This document shows positions 41,482 to 51,078 of a stretch of DNA of 64,000 nucleotides, in pieces; the stretch's first letter is position 1; each line of letters starts with the position of its first letter. The notes beneath the pieces were generated by a model. The model worked only from the letters and a program-made list of their open reading frames with translations. It made no database searches and was not told the DNA's origin. This DNA is from Patescibacteria group bacterium (GTDB taxonomy: Bacteria; Patescibacteriota; JAQUNI01): NCBI GenBank assembly GCA_028717685.1, contig JAQUNI010000001.1:271451-335450 (forward strand), in the 5' to 3' direction. Position numbers and translations under genes: made by a program.

Positions 41482-43287
41482 CTAAATGTTCGTTGCCTTA
41501 AGCACTTCTTCTAAAGTAGTCTCACCACGCAGAACCTTCAGAATCCCATCCTGTCTCATATTAATAAGCCCTTTTTTAACCATAACTTCTTCAATTTGAT
41601 TTTCGGAAGGTTTGGAAAGAATTAATTCCTGCAAGTCAGGTGTTAAAGGAATGGTTTCAAAAATACCAATTCTCCCCTTGTAGCCTTCGTTATTACAGTG
41701 CTTACAACCCTTACCCTTGTAAATAATAACTTTGTCTTTGTTCGGATTAAGCCCTTCTTTTTCAAAATCCGGAATCATCTCCCACTCTTTAAGGATAATC
41801 TTGCGAATTTCCTCACTAGCTTCCACCTTCTCCATGCACTCCCTACAAAGCTTCCGCACAAGCCTTTGGGCGATCAAAACGTTTGTCGCCGCGCTGATTA
41901 AAAAGGGTTGGATGCCCATGTCAATCAGGCGAGGCACGGCGCCTACCGCGCTATTAGTGTGCAAAGTGGAAAGAACGACATGCCCTGTCAGTGAAGCATG
42001 AATAGCCATTTCCGCGGTCTCCTGATCGCGAATCTCGCCGACCATAATAATGTCCGGGTCCTGACGCAAAATAGAACGCAAGCCTGAGGCAAAAGTCAAT
42101 CCCACTTCCGGGTGAACCTGGGCTTGAGCAATACCAGGGATAAAGTACTCCACAGGATCCTCCAAGGTCACAATATTCACATCTTCTTGATTTAAAATCC
42201 CTAAAATTGAATAAAGCGTGGTAGACTTGCCGCTCCCCGTGGGACCCGTCACTAATAATAAACCATGCGCTTTGATTATTTCCGCTTTAATATGTTGCAA
42301 TCTTAAACCCGTCAAACCTAATTCCTCCAAAGAAAACATTCTTGCCCCAGTTTCCAGAATTCTCATTACGATCTTCTCTCCGCTCATTGTGGGCAGTGTG
42401 GAAATCCGAAAATCTACCGGATGACCGCCAAATTCCAGACGAATGCGACCATCTTGAGGAATCCGCGTTTCGTCAATCTTCATATTGGCAAGCACCTTCA
42501 CCCGGGAAACAATACCCTCGCGAATTTTAATAGGTAAGGAAAGGGTAGTCCGCATCACACCATCAATCCGATAACGCACCCTCACCATTTTATCTTCAGG
42601 TTCAATATGAATATCCGAAGCCCTCGCTTCCACCGCGTGCTTGATAATCCCTTGTAAAATTTTGGAAATGGGAGCCGCTTCCACTAATTTAACAATCTCT
42701 TTTTCTCTATCTTCTAAAACCTTCTTCTCTTCGTGCTTTTTCTCCACGACCTCTTCCAAGGCTTTCGTCACTTCCTCCTTAAGACTCTGCTCATACTGCC
42801 GAAGAACAAAATCCAAGCTCGCCTTATTGGTAATATAGATGGCTGTAGAAAAACCCTGTCTCCCCGTCGCAAACTCTAAAGCTTCCAGAGCTTTAAAATC
42901 CGCAGGATCAGCCATCGCTACTTTCACGACATTATCTTCCCCGCGCTCAAAAGCAACCATATGATAAGAGACAGCGACTTCTTGAGGAATCAATTTTAGG
43001 ATATGCGGCGGAATAGGACGCGTCTCTAAATCTACAAACTCCACGCCTAAAAATTCACCTACTACTTGGACTAAGGATTTCTCCGGCACGAGATCTAAAT
43101 CACGGATTAGCTGTTCTAAAGGAAGGTCGGTTTTCTGGGCTTCCTTTTCAATCAACTTCCGCTTTTCTTCATCAATCAGTTGCTTCTCTTCTAAAACATC
43201 TAATAAATTTTTTTTCTCCCACTTTCTGCCCCGCATTTTTTGCAAAACAGCTTTAGTGGAATTCTCTGATGATTTTACTTCCTTCAT
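41482..43287 (-). CDS. pilB: Pilus extension ATPase (GspE/PilB)
   Basis: ASDIHIEP, GPTGSGKSTTLY, LRQDPD, zinc-binding CxxC pairs. Confidence 0.96.
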   Translation of the reverse strand: MKEVKSSENSTKAVLQKMRGRKWEKKNLLDVLEEKQLIDEEKRKLIEKEAQKTDLPLEQLIRDLDLVPEKSLVQVVGEFLGVEFVDLETRPIPPHILKLIPQEVAVSYHMVAFERGEDNVVKVAMADPADFKALEALEFATGRQGFSTAIYITNKASLDFVLRQYEQSLKEEVTKALEEVVEKKHEEKKVLEDREKEIVKLVEAAPISKILQGIIKHAVEARASDIHIEPEDKMVRVRYRIDGVMRTTLSLPIKIREGIVSRVKVLANMKIDETRIPQDGRIRLEFGGHPVDFRISTLPTMSGEKIVMRILETGARMFSLEELGLTGLRLQHIKAEIIKAHGLLLVTGPTGSGKSTTLYSILGILNQEDVNIVTLEDPVEYFIPGIAQAQVHPEVGLTFASGLRSILRQDPDIIMVGEIRDQETAEMAIHASLTGHVVLSTLHTNSAVGAVPRLIDMGIQPFLISAATNVLIAQRLVRKLCRECMEKVEASEEIRKIILKEWEMIPDFEKEGLNPNKDKVIIYKGKGCKHCNNEGYKGRIGIFETIPLTPDLQELILSKPSENQIEEVMVKKGLINMRQDGILKVLRGETTLEEVLKATNI

Positions 43288-43333
43288 AAATTACTTCTTA
43301 CGCTTTAGGATGTCGCTCGCGAACGACATCCTT

Positions 43334-44410
43334 TTAGGGTAATAATTCCCGCAGAGCTAAGCCGACCGCCACATCAAATGTGGGGCCCAGTTCATCCAGA
43401 ACCTTTTTGAGCTCTTGGGGAATAATAATTTTACTCCAGGGATCAGCCACGACAATCTTATTGTCTAAAAAGAGAGATAAATAGCTCGTGAACTCGGGTA
43501 ATTTCGCGCTCCCGCCAGAAAGGATAATTTGCGACACTTGACTGCCGCCGCGGTTATAGAATAAATTCAAACAATGACGAATCTTTTCCACAATCACATC
43601 AATTACAGGCTTGATGGCGCGCGGAATCTCCCCTCCCATCTTCTCGCGGGATACACCGAAATCTTTTTTAAATTGCTCGGCGCGCTCAAAACTTACCTGA
43701 AGACTATGGGCAATGACGCGGGTGAGGGCGTTTCCGCCCATATCTACGCTCAAATTTAACTTAGGGAAACCATCTTCAATAATACAAATCTCCGTCGCCG
43801 TGGCTCCAATATCCACAATCATAGCCCCTTCTTTTTGCGTATCTACCAAGACGCGCGCCAAAGCCATTGCTTCAGGTTCCAGACCCACTAGCTCTAAATT
43901 AGCCTTCTTGAAAACATCACCATATCTTTTCACGATATTCTTGGGCACAGCGGTTAAAAAAACTTCTATTCCTTCTTGAGGTTTTAAGGCTTCAGCCTTC
44001 TGATTTTTCCGGGAGGATTTGGGCGTAATAACCTCCCAATCTAAAATAATTTCCTCAATAGGAAAAGGAATATAGCGCTTGGATTCCCACTTGACCGCGG
44101 AAGCCAATTCTTCTTCTTCCATCTTCGGCAGATTTAAAATCGTCGTAAAAACCGAGAACCCGGGCAAAGAAGCGATCGCGCGCGAACCCTTCGCTCCACT
44201 TTCTTTAACAATTCTTTGAAGGCTTTTGCAGATTTTTTCCCGTACCGCGGGTGAATCGCTTCTAATCACATCGTCGGCTAAATCAATCGCGCCATAGGTA
44301 GATAAATTCACTCCCCCTTTCCATCTATTCAGCTCCACAATTTTTAAATTAGAAGTGCCAATATCTACGCCCAAATAACGATTTTTGGATTTAATACCAA
44401 AAAATCCCAT
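43334..44410 (-). CDS. pilM: Type IV pilus assembly protein PilM
   Basis: GVDIGTSNLK, VDIGATAT, LSGGSA, VAVGLALR. Confidence 0.95.
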   Translation of the reverse strand: MGFFGIKSKNRYLGVDIGTSNLKIVELNRWKGGVNLSTYGAIDLADDVIRSDSPAVREKICKSLQRIVKESGAKGSRAIASLPGFSVFTTILNLPKMEEEELASAVKWESKRYIPFPIEEIILDWEVITPKSSRKNQKAEALKPQEGIEVFLTAVPKNIVKRYGDVFKKANLELVGLEPEAMALARVLVDTQKEGAMIVDIGATATEICIIEDGFPKLNLSVDMGGNALTRVIAHSLQVSFERAEQFKKDFGVSREKMGGEIPRAIKPVIDVIVEKIRHCLNLFYNRGGSQVSQIILSGGSAKLPEFTSYLSLFLDNKIVVADPWSKIIIPQELKKVLDELGPTFDVAVGLALRELLP

Positions 44411-44606
44411 TGTATTGATGTCAAAAAAAATTTAATATTTGATCTTTATTTTTTAAAACCCATAAAACTAACTCTTTTTTTATTCTAACACAAAAAAGGA
44501 TATCCGCCAAACAGATTGTGCATAAATTACTAAGGAGAGAAAAATTAAAAAGCGCAATCGCCGAACAGTTTCCAGTTTTAGAAAGTCACGAAAAAAATTA
44601 TGTCTT

Positions 44607-44667
44607 GACCTTCACCTTTGGCTAAGGTCTTCACCTTTATGAAAGGTGAAGACTAAAGGTGAAGGTC
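44607..44667. repeat. Nested inverted repeat in the divergent pilM/clpC intergenic region
   Basis: GACCTTCACCTTT..GTCTTCACCTTT-ATG-AAAGGTGAAGAC-T-AAAGGTGAAGGTC. Confidence 0.75.
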
Positions 44668-44720
44668 TTGCTGAAAGTCCTAATTTATTATACAATAAAC
44701 TCGCGAAAATTAAAATATGT

Positions 44721-47297
44721 ATGATTAATAATAAATTTACCGCCCAATTTAAACAAACATTAAAGACCGCTTCTTCTCTAGCGCGCCAGGAAAATAAAGA
44801 CTACATCACGACGGCCCACCTCTTATCCGCTTTAATCCACCAAAAAGGCAGTTTGGCTTGGAAAATTTTGCATTATAAAAAAACTCCAATTCAAACACCA
44901 AACAAAAAAGATGACGCGCTGAATATTCCCGGAGGAAAAGAGGGAAAAAATAGGGAGAAACAATTTAGGCTGGACCATTTCCGCTTCTCCCTAACCGCCA
45001 AAGAGGCTATTGCCAAAGCAGTCGCCCTCGCCTATGAAGGTCAACATTGTTTCGTGGGCACGGAACACCTCCTCTCCGCTCTCGTTAAAATGAAAAGGGG
45101 GCGCGCTTATCTTCTCTTACGAAAAAATAAGTTTGATCTGGATGATTTAGAAAAACACTTGGAACTGCTCCTTGAAAATGCCACGAAATTTTCTCAAATC
45201 ATCCAACCGTTCGCGAGGAACAAAGGGAAAAAATATAAAAAAGATTCAGATAACTTTCTTCGCTGCTTTGGCACGGACTTAAATCAAAAAGCTATTGCCG
45301 GCGGCATTGATCCGGTTATTGGCCGAGAAAAAGAACTTGAAAGAATCATTAATATCTTGGGCCGCCGCAAGAAGAATAATCCCGTTTTAATCGGCGAAGC
45401 GGGCGTCGGGAAAACCGCGATTGCAGAGGGTTTAGCCTCCAGAATCGTCCAGGATAGCGTGCCTCCTTTTTTAAAGAATAAAAGGATTCTGCTTTTAGAT
45501 CTGACGGCTCTTGTCGCAGGCACAATGTTTCGCGGAGAATTTGAATCGCGCCTCAAAAAGATTCTAAACCAAATTGAAGCAGATCCCAACATTATTCTCT
45601 TTATTGACGAATTACATACTGTGATTGGGGCGGGCGGAGCCTCGGGAGGCTTGGATACGGCTAATATTCTGAAACCAGCCCTTGCCCGCGGCTTACTGCG
45701 CTGCATCGGCGCGACCACGCTTGCTGAATACCAAAAACATATTGAAAAGGACCCCGCCCTTGAGCGCAGGTTTCAACCTGTAATAATCAAAGAATCATCT
45801 CCCGAAGAAACCATTGAAGTATTGGAAGGCGTAAGGGAAAACTATGAAAAATATCATCAAATCCACATCACTCCTCCAGCTATTCGCGCGGCGGCTTATT
45901 TAGCGCACCGCTACATTACAGACCGCGCTCTCCCTGACAAAGCGATTGATTTAATTGATGAGGCAGCCTCCCGAGAAAAAATGAAAGTGAAATTACCTCA
46001 AGTAATTTTGAACTTAGAAAAATATGAACGAGAACTCCAAAAAATTCAGGAAGCAAAGCAAGAAGCAGTCAGGGCGGAAAATTACCACGAAGCAAGCATC
46101 TTGAAAAAAGCAGAAGTCAAACTCCAGAAAGAAATTAAGAGAGTCAAGCAAAAAATTGAAAAGCTGCCGCAACTTTTTCGGGGTCAAATCACGGATCAGG
46201 AAATTAAATTGATTGTAAGCGAAATGACGGGAATTCCCTTGGAATCCCTCACCCTCTCTGAAAAAACAAAACTTCTCAATCTTGAGAAAGCATTAAACGC
46301 GAAGGTCGTCGGACAAGAAGAGGCTATAAAAAATATCTGCCAGTGTATCCGGAGAATGAAAGCGGGGCTGGCTAACCCGAACCGCCCTTTAGGTTCTTTT
46401 ATTTTCCTCGGACCTTCGGGGGTGGGCAAAACCTATCTGGCTCAAATTCTAGCACAGGAGATTTTCGGGGACATCCAAAATTTAGTCCGCATTGATATGT
46501 CCGAATTTCATGAATCATTTAATGTTTCACGCTTGGTGGGCGCCCCAGCAGGTTATATTGGCTACGAAGAAGGAGGACATCTCACGGAAAAAATCCGCCA
46601 TCAGCCTTATTCCGTGGTTCTATTTGACGAAATAGAGAAAGCCCATCCTGACGCTTTAAACCTTCTCCTCCAAATTCTGGAAGACGGACAATTAAGCGAC
46701 GCCCAAGGGCGCGCGATTAACTTTAAAAATACTATTGTGGTGATGACTTCCAATATTGGCGCGGCGAAATTGTCCCAAACGCAAAAATGGGGTTTTCAGA
46801 TGGCAACGCAAAATAAAAAAACCAAAAATTTAGAAGAAGAATGGGCGTTAAAATATGAATATCTTAAAAAAGAGATTTTAAAAGAGATTGAAGATAAATT
46901 TAAACCCGAGTTCTTAAACCGCATTGACAAAGTGATTGTTTTCAGATCTTTAGATCTTACCGAACTTGCCAAAATTGCCGCGCTCCAAATTCAAGAGCTG
47001 CAAAAAAGAGTGGAGGACCAAAAAATCTCCTTGAATTTACAGCCCCAAGCGGCTTACTTTTTAGCCGAAAAATCATTTAATCCGGCGCGCGGCGCGCGAC
47101 CTTTGCGCCGCTTAATTTCAGACCTCGTGGAAGATCCCCTCTCGGCATTGATCCTCGCTGAAAAAATTAAGGCGGGTCAAAAAGTATGTGTCAAATTGGA
47201 AAAAGGAGAAGTGGCTTTAAGGATTAATGGAAAGGAATCCCCGCACCAAAGCAAGCTTGGTCCGGGGCAAGCAGGAAGTATGAACGAAGAATTATGA
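44721..47297 (+). CDS. clpC: ATP-dependent Clp protease ATP-binding subunit
   Basis: Clp-N repeats, GEAGVGKT, UVR motif, GPSGVGKT; start trimmed to MINNK. Confidence 0.93.
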   Translation: MINNKFTAQFKQTLKTASSLARQENKDYITTAHLLSALIHQKGSLAWKILHYKKTPIQTPNKKDDALNIPGGKEGKNREKQFRLDHFRFSLTAKEAIAKAVALAYEGQHCFVGTEHLLSALVKMKRGRAYLLLRKNKFDLDDLEKHLELLLENATKFSQIIQPFARNKGKKYKKDSDNFLRCFGTDLNQKAIAGGIDPVIGREKELERIINILGRRKKNNPVLIGEAGVGKTAIAEGLASRIVQDSVPPFLKNKRILLLDLTALVAGTMFRGEFESRLKKILNQIEADPNIILFIDELHTVIGAGGASGGLDTANILKPALARGLLRCIGATTLAEYQKHIEKDPALERRFQPVIIKESSPEETIEVLEGVRENYEKYHQIHITPPAIRAAAYLAHRYITDRALPDKAIDLIDEAASREKMKVKLPQVILNLEKYERELQKIQEAKQEAVRAENYHEASILKKAEVKLQKEIKRVKQKIEKLPQLFRGQITDQEIKLIVSEMTGIPLESLTLSEKTKLLNLEKALNAKVVGQEEAIKNICQCIRRMKAGLANPNRPLGSFIFLGPSGVGKTYLAQILAQEIFGDIQNLVRIDMSEFHESFNVSRLVGAPAGYIGYEEGGHLTEKIRHQPYSVVLFDEIEKAHPDALNLLLQILEDGQLSDAQGRAINFKNTIVVMTSNIGAAKLSQTQKWGFQMATQNKKTKNLEEEWALKYEYLKKEILKEIEDKFKPEFLNRIDKVIVFRSLDLTELAKIAALQIQELQKRVEDQKISLNLQPQAAYFLAEKSFNPARGARPLRRLISDLVEDPLSALILAEKIKAGQKVCVKLEKGEVALRINGKESPHQSKLGPGQAGSMNEEL

Positions 47298-47983
47298 ACG
47301 AGGAATCAGAAGCTAAAAATTGGCTGACTAAAATCGGAAAATTTATAGCCGATTTGATTTTTCCCGTGCAATGTTTGGGCTGCCACCGCGCCGGAAAATG
47401 GCTTTGCGAACGTTGTTATTATCAAATTAAGTCTCACTGCTCCCCCTTTCCTCCTCATTTAAAAAAATCCCCGTTCAATAGATTGATTGCGCCATTTTCT
47501 TATCGCGACCCCCTCATCAAAAAACTGATCAAGGCTTATAAATATCATTTCGTGCAGGATATCAGCGAAATTTTAAGCCGGCTCTTAATTGAATACTTAA
47601 AACCGCTCTTCAGAAACATTGAACCGCAAAATTTTGTTTTAATCCCCGTCCCTTTGCACAAAAGGCGCTTGCGCTTCCGCGGTTTCAATCAAGCCGAACT
47701 CTTAGCCGAACATATAGCGCGGGAATTTAATCTGCCCTTTGCCAAAGATATTTTAATCCGCCGCAGAAACACTACCCCGCAAGCGCAGCTTAAAGAAAAA
47801 GAACGGCGGCAAAACATCCACGAGGCTTTTGCCGCTGTCCGCAATCCCTCTTTAAAAAACAAAATTATTATCCTGCTTGATGATGTGCTGACGAGCGGCG
47901 CGACTTTGGAAGAGTGCGCCCGCGTTTTGCGTCGGACCTGCCGCCCAAAGGCAATTTGGGGATTAGCGGTGGCGAGAGGATAA
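47294..47983 (+). CDS. comF: ComF-family competence protein (zinc ribbon + PRTase)
   Basis: CLGC/CERC, RGFNQAE, LLDDVLTSGATL. Confidence 0.93.
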   Translation: MNEESEAKNWLTKIGKFIADLIFPVQCLGCHRAGKWLCERCYYQIKSHCSPFPPHLKKSPFNRLIAPFSYRDPLIKKLIKAYKYHFVQDISEILSRLLIEYLKPLFRNIEPQNFVLIPVPLHKRRLRFRGFNQAELLAEHIAREFNLPFAKDILIRRRNTTPQAQLKEKERRQNIHEAFAAVRNPSLKNKIIILLDDVLTSGATLEECARVLRRTCRPKAIWGLAVARG

Positions 47984-48163
47984 GGCAGGAAGCAGGAATC
48001 AGGAATCATGAATTAGGAATAAGGAATGAGGAATCAGGAATGAGGAGGTGAGGAAAAATAAAATTCATTATTCATTATTCCCAATTCCCCGCCCGCCATC
48101 GCTACGCTTCAGGCGTTAGCGGGCGCGGTCGGCTTGCGTGGCGGGCGGGCTTATTCCAAGATT

Positions 48164-48371
48164 GGTGGGTTGGCAGAGTGGTTTAATGCACTGGTCCTGC
48201 CCCGCAACAGAACGGAGAGGTGCTAGAGCGGTTTAATAGGACGGTCCTGAAAACCGTTGTCCCTTCAACGGGACCGTGAGTTCGAATCTCACCCTCTCCG
48301 CCCTTGTGCGGGGTCGCGAAAAACCAGAACCCGCTTTTTGCGGGTCGTAGGTTCAAATCCTACACCCACCG
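48164..48371 (+). tRNA. Interrupted outer tRNA-Ser with an about 120-nt insertion in the anticodon loop
   Basis: GGTGGGT/ACCCACC acceptor + G73, Ser-type D loop, CTGGT/ACCAG anticodon stem, long variable arm ACCCGC/GCGGGT, GTAGG-TTCAAAT-CCTAC T arm. Confidence 0.85.
48214..48300 (+). tRNA. tRNA-Ser(TGA), nested inside the outer tRNA
   Basis: GGAGAGG/CCTCTCC + G73; ACGGT-CCTGAAA-ACCGT; long variable arm; GTGAG-TTCGAAT-CTCAC. Confidence 0.92.
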
Positions 48372-48446
48372 CATAACTTAATTTTAAATTTTTAATTCTT
48401 AATTTTTATTCCTCATTCATAATTCCTGATTCATAATTCCCAATAT

Positions 48447-48533
48447 GGAGAGGTGGCTGAGTGGCTGAAAGCAGCACACTGCTAATGTGCTGACCTCGTA
48501 AGGGGTCCGTGGGTTCGAATCCCACCCTCTCCG
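48447..48533 (+). tRNA. tRNA-Ser(GCT)
   Basis: GCACA-CTGCTAA-TGTGC anticodon arm, long variable arm, G73. Confidence 0.96.
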
Positions 48534-48646
48534 CCTTCGCCACGCTGAAGCGTGGCTACGGCGTGACGAAGTCCGCTTCCAGCAGGACGAAGTTAGCTTC
48601 CAGCGCGACGAAATCTGCCAGTAGACACGCGAAAGCGGGCCATCGT

Positions 48647-48880
48647 ATGTACTACGTTTACAGCTTAAAGTGTAAAGGTGGTTATTATATTGGTTGTACC
48701 GATAATCTTAAAGATAGAATTGATAGGCACCGAAAGGGCCAAGTGTCAGCTACAGTAAATAGGCTACCCATAAAATTGGATTTTTATTTTGCAATATCTG
48801 ATAAATATAAAGCATTTGAATTTGAAAAGTATCTGAAGTCTGGTTCTGGGAGGGCTTTTATAAATAGACATATATTGTAG
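48647..48880 (+). CDS. Small GIY-YIG nuclease family protein
   Basis: MYYVYSL...YYIGCTDNLKDRIDRH...EKYLKSGSGR. Confidence 0.9.
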   Translation: MYYVYSLKCKGGYYIGCTDNLKDRIDRHRKGQVSATVNRLPIKLDFYFAISDKYKAFEFEKYLKSGSGRAFINRHIL

Positions 48881-48956
48881 CCTAATCAGACAATTGAAAC
48901 TATGGCAAAAATCGCCAAAGGATTAAGTGTTTTAATTGATGATTTAATGAAATAAA
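48881..48956 (+). pseudogene. C-terminal remnant of an XRE-family HTH regulator
   Basis: Translates PNQTIETMAKIAKGLSVLIDDLMK*, matching the NPTIETLxKIAKALxVSIDDL HTH tail; N-terminal half absent. Confidence 0.6.
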
Positions 48957-48961
48957 AAAAT

Positions 48962-49957
48962 ATGCAATGGAATGATAAAGTAAAATTGATTATTTCTGAT
49001 GTGGACGAAACCATTGCTGATTTGTATATTGAGGCAAAGCCCGAAATGATAGCAGAATTGGAAAAATTACTTGCCGATAATAAGGTGTTATTTTTGATAT
49101 CCGGTCAGAGTGTAAAAAGTATCCAATGGCGCATTATTGACCATATTAGAAAAGATTTGAGACAAAGAATTATCGTAGGCCACTGTAGCGGCGCTGAGGT
49201 GTGGGGTTTTGACGAAGAAGGAAAATTAAGAGATACGCCGTTCTATAGTCTCTACGAAACCGCTTTGTCAAAAGAGCAAAAGAAAAGTTGGCGAGAAGTA
49301 ATTCGTGAACTTGTTGATGAATTTAAGCTGAAAACTTTACCAACAATGCCAATTGCGGAGTTTGAGAAGAAGTCCAATGGAGACCCGCTAACTATTATGC
49401 TCGAAGACCGTGGTCCACAAATAACCTTTGAAATAATAAATGGCTACGATCTATCTCCAGAACAAGAGCAAAAACTTGAAATTGAAGTGCCGGAAACTCA
49501 TGGCCATTACGATTTGCGAATTCCCATTTTAGAGTGTGCTGAGAAATTATTTGAAGAAAGAGGCTTGCCCGTTACACCCAGAGTAGCAGGTGTGTTTGCG
49601 ATTGATTTTGCCATTAAGAGAGTTTCCAAAACGACCGCGGTTAAATATGTCATCGAACACGATTCAATTTTAAACTCGCTAGGAATTCGAAAAACTGATA
49701 TTGAGAATCCGGAAAGTATGGAAGTTTGGGGAGATAAATTTTCCGTTGTTCGAGGTGGCACGGATAGACATATTAGCGAAGCTTTACCGAAAGAAGTTCG
49801 TTCCATAACTTTCCGAGAGGAAAGACCCGAAGAATTTTTGGGAGGATATAATATTGTTGTTTGGGACGGAAAAGAGCATTTGCACGATGGTCTTTTGGAA
49901 TTTTTAAAATCAAGGAATTTGAAAGAATTTGCCGCCAAAGAGGAAAATCAGTTATGA
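48962..49957 (+). CDS. HAD-superfamily (IIB-like) hydrolase
   Basis: ISDVDETIA, ISG, SKTTA, WGD...GGTD motifs. Confidence 0.75.
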   Translation: MQWNDKVKLIISDVDETIADLYIEAKPEMIAELEKLLADNKVLFLISGQSVKSIQWRIIDHIRKDLRQRIIVGHCSGAEVWGFDEEGKLRDTPFYSLYETALSKEQKKSWREVIRELVDEFKLKTLPTMPIAEFEKKSNGDPLTIMLEDRGPQITFEIINGYDLSPEQEQKLEIEVPETHGHYDLRIPILECAEKLFEERGLPVTPRVAGVFAIDFAIKRVSKTTAVKYVIEHDSILNSLGIRKTDIENPESMEVWGDKFSVVRGGTDRHISEALPKEVRSITFREERPEEFLGGYNIVVWDGKEHLHDGLLEFLKSRNLKEFAAKEENQL

Positions 49958-50033
49958 TTTCCCTTGCGGGCTACCGCCCGTGAAAAACTTGAAATCGTAA
50001 AAAACATTTTTAAAAAAATAAAAAACACATTCT

Positions 50034-50600
50034 ATGCCTCAAAATCAAATCATGGCTACGCCGGACTTCAGTCCTGAGGACTCCAGTCCGAAGGATCTTC
50101 AGACAAACAATCCCGCTGCGCCTCGAGAAAATTACGGCAAAATTTTAATATCCTGGCGCGCGCCAGAATATGAAAAACAACCCAAAAGCCGCAATTGGTA
50201 TATCGCCACTTTTTCCATCGGCGCCTTTTTGGTGGGTTCCAGCATTTGGATGAAAAATTATCTCCTCATTATTGTCGTCGCGATGTTCGGGATCGTGCTT
50301 TACATTCTGAATAAAAAAGAACCTCTGACGCTTGATTTTGCCCTGACGGAAAAAGGAGTGAAGATGGGAGAGAAATTTTACCCTTATAACACCCTCCAAG
50401 AATTTTGGATTATTTACGATCCGCCGGTAAAAACCCTCAATTTCAAGAACAACCGCACTTTTTTCCCGGAAATCTCCATGCAGATTACGGATCAAAACCC
50501 CGTAAAAATAAGGGAGATTTTACTCCCCTTCCTGGATGAAGACCTAGAAAAAACCGAGGAATCAACCACCGACCGTTTATCGCGGTTATTGAAAATATAA
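50034..50600 (+). CDS. Conserved CPR 2-TM membrane protein with PH-like C-terminal domain
   Basis: SWRAPEY...WY, two TMs, YPYNTLQEFWI. Confidence 0.7.
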   Translation: MPQNQIMATPDFSPEDSSPKDLQTNNPAAPRENYGKILISWRAPEYEKQPKSRNWYIATFSIGAFLVGSSIWMKNYLLIIVVAMFGIVLYILNKKEPLTLDFALTEKGVKMGEKFYPYNTLQEFWIIYDPPVKTLNFKNNRTFFPEISMQITDQNPVKIREILLPFLDEDLEKTEESTTDRLSRLLKI

Positions 50601-50706
50601 GAAGGGCGGAGTATAATAATTTTTAATTTTTATTGGCTTATCGTGTTATTAAGTTTCCAGCCTGTCCGCGGCAGGCATCAATGAAAATAGGACTTCGCGT
50701 TTGATG

Positions 50707-50775
50707 TCATCCCCGACCTGATCGGGGATCCAGATTAATAGCACTAATTCTGGATTCCCGCTTTCGCGGGAATGA
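50707..50775. repeat. GTCATCCCCG...GGATCCAG / CTGGATTCCCG...GGGAATGAC palindromic repeat
   Basis: Same family as 13456-13534. Confidence 0.8.
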
Positions 50776-50854
50776 CAATAAGCATATTTGATTGAATTGT
50801 TACCAAACGTGAAAGTCCTGGAAAACAAAAATTAAGAATGAAAAATTGGCTTTC

Positions 50855-50928
50855 GCCCTTGTAGCTCAATTGGATAGAGCGTGAGCTTGCGGAGCTCAAG
50901 GTTGCAGGTTCGATCCCTGCCAAGGGCA
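50855..50928 (+). tRNA. tRNA-Arg(GCG)
   Basis: GCCCTTG/CAAGGGC acceptor, A20 D loop, TGAGC-TTGCGGA-GCTCA anticodon arm. Confidence 0.93.
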
Positions 50929-51078
50929 CAATAATAATTTTTAATTTCTAATTTTTAATTTTTATTGAATTTTCAATTCTAAAATTTTCAAACAGAAATT
51001 TTAATATTTAATGCTATTGTTTAAAAATTAAGTCATTATAAATTTAATAAAAATTAGAAATTGAAAATTAGAAATTAT

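Noticed and set aside
47984-48085. CRISPR array
   Set aside because: Only 7-mer tandem units; no constant 25-40 bp repeats with unique spacers and no cas genes anywhere in the window
48199-48319. Group I intron in the outer tRNA
   Set aside because: The insert is about 120 nt, of which 87 nt is a tRNA; no room for a P3-P9 catalytic core
48509-48646. N-terminal extension of the GIY-YIG ORF
   Set aside because: Overlaps the tRNA-Ser T arm and repeat units; the real start is ATG 48647
50744-50929. 61-aa minus-strand ORF
   Set aside because: Antisense to tRNA-Arg plus a palindromic repeat (VIPAKAGIQ)
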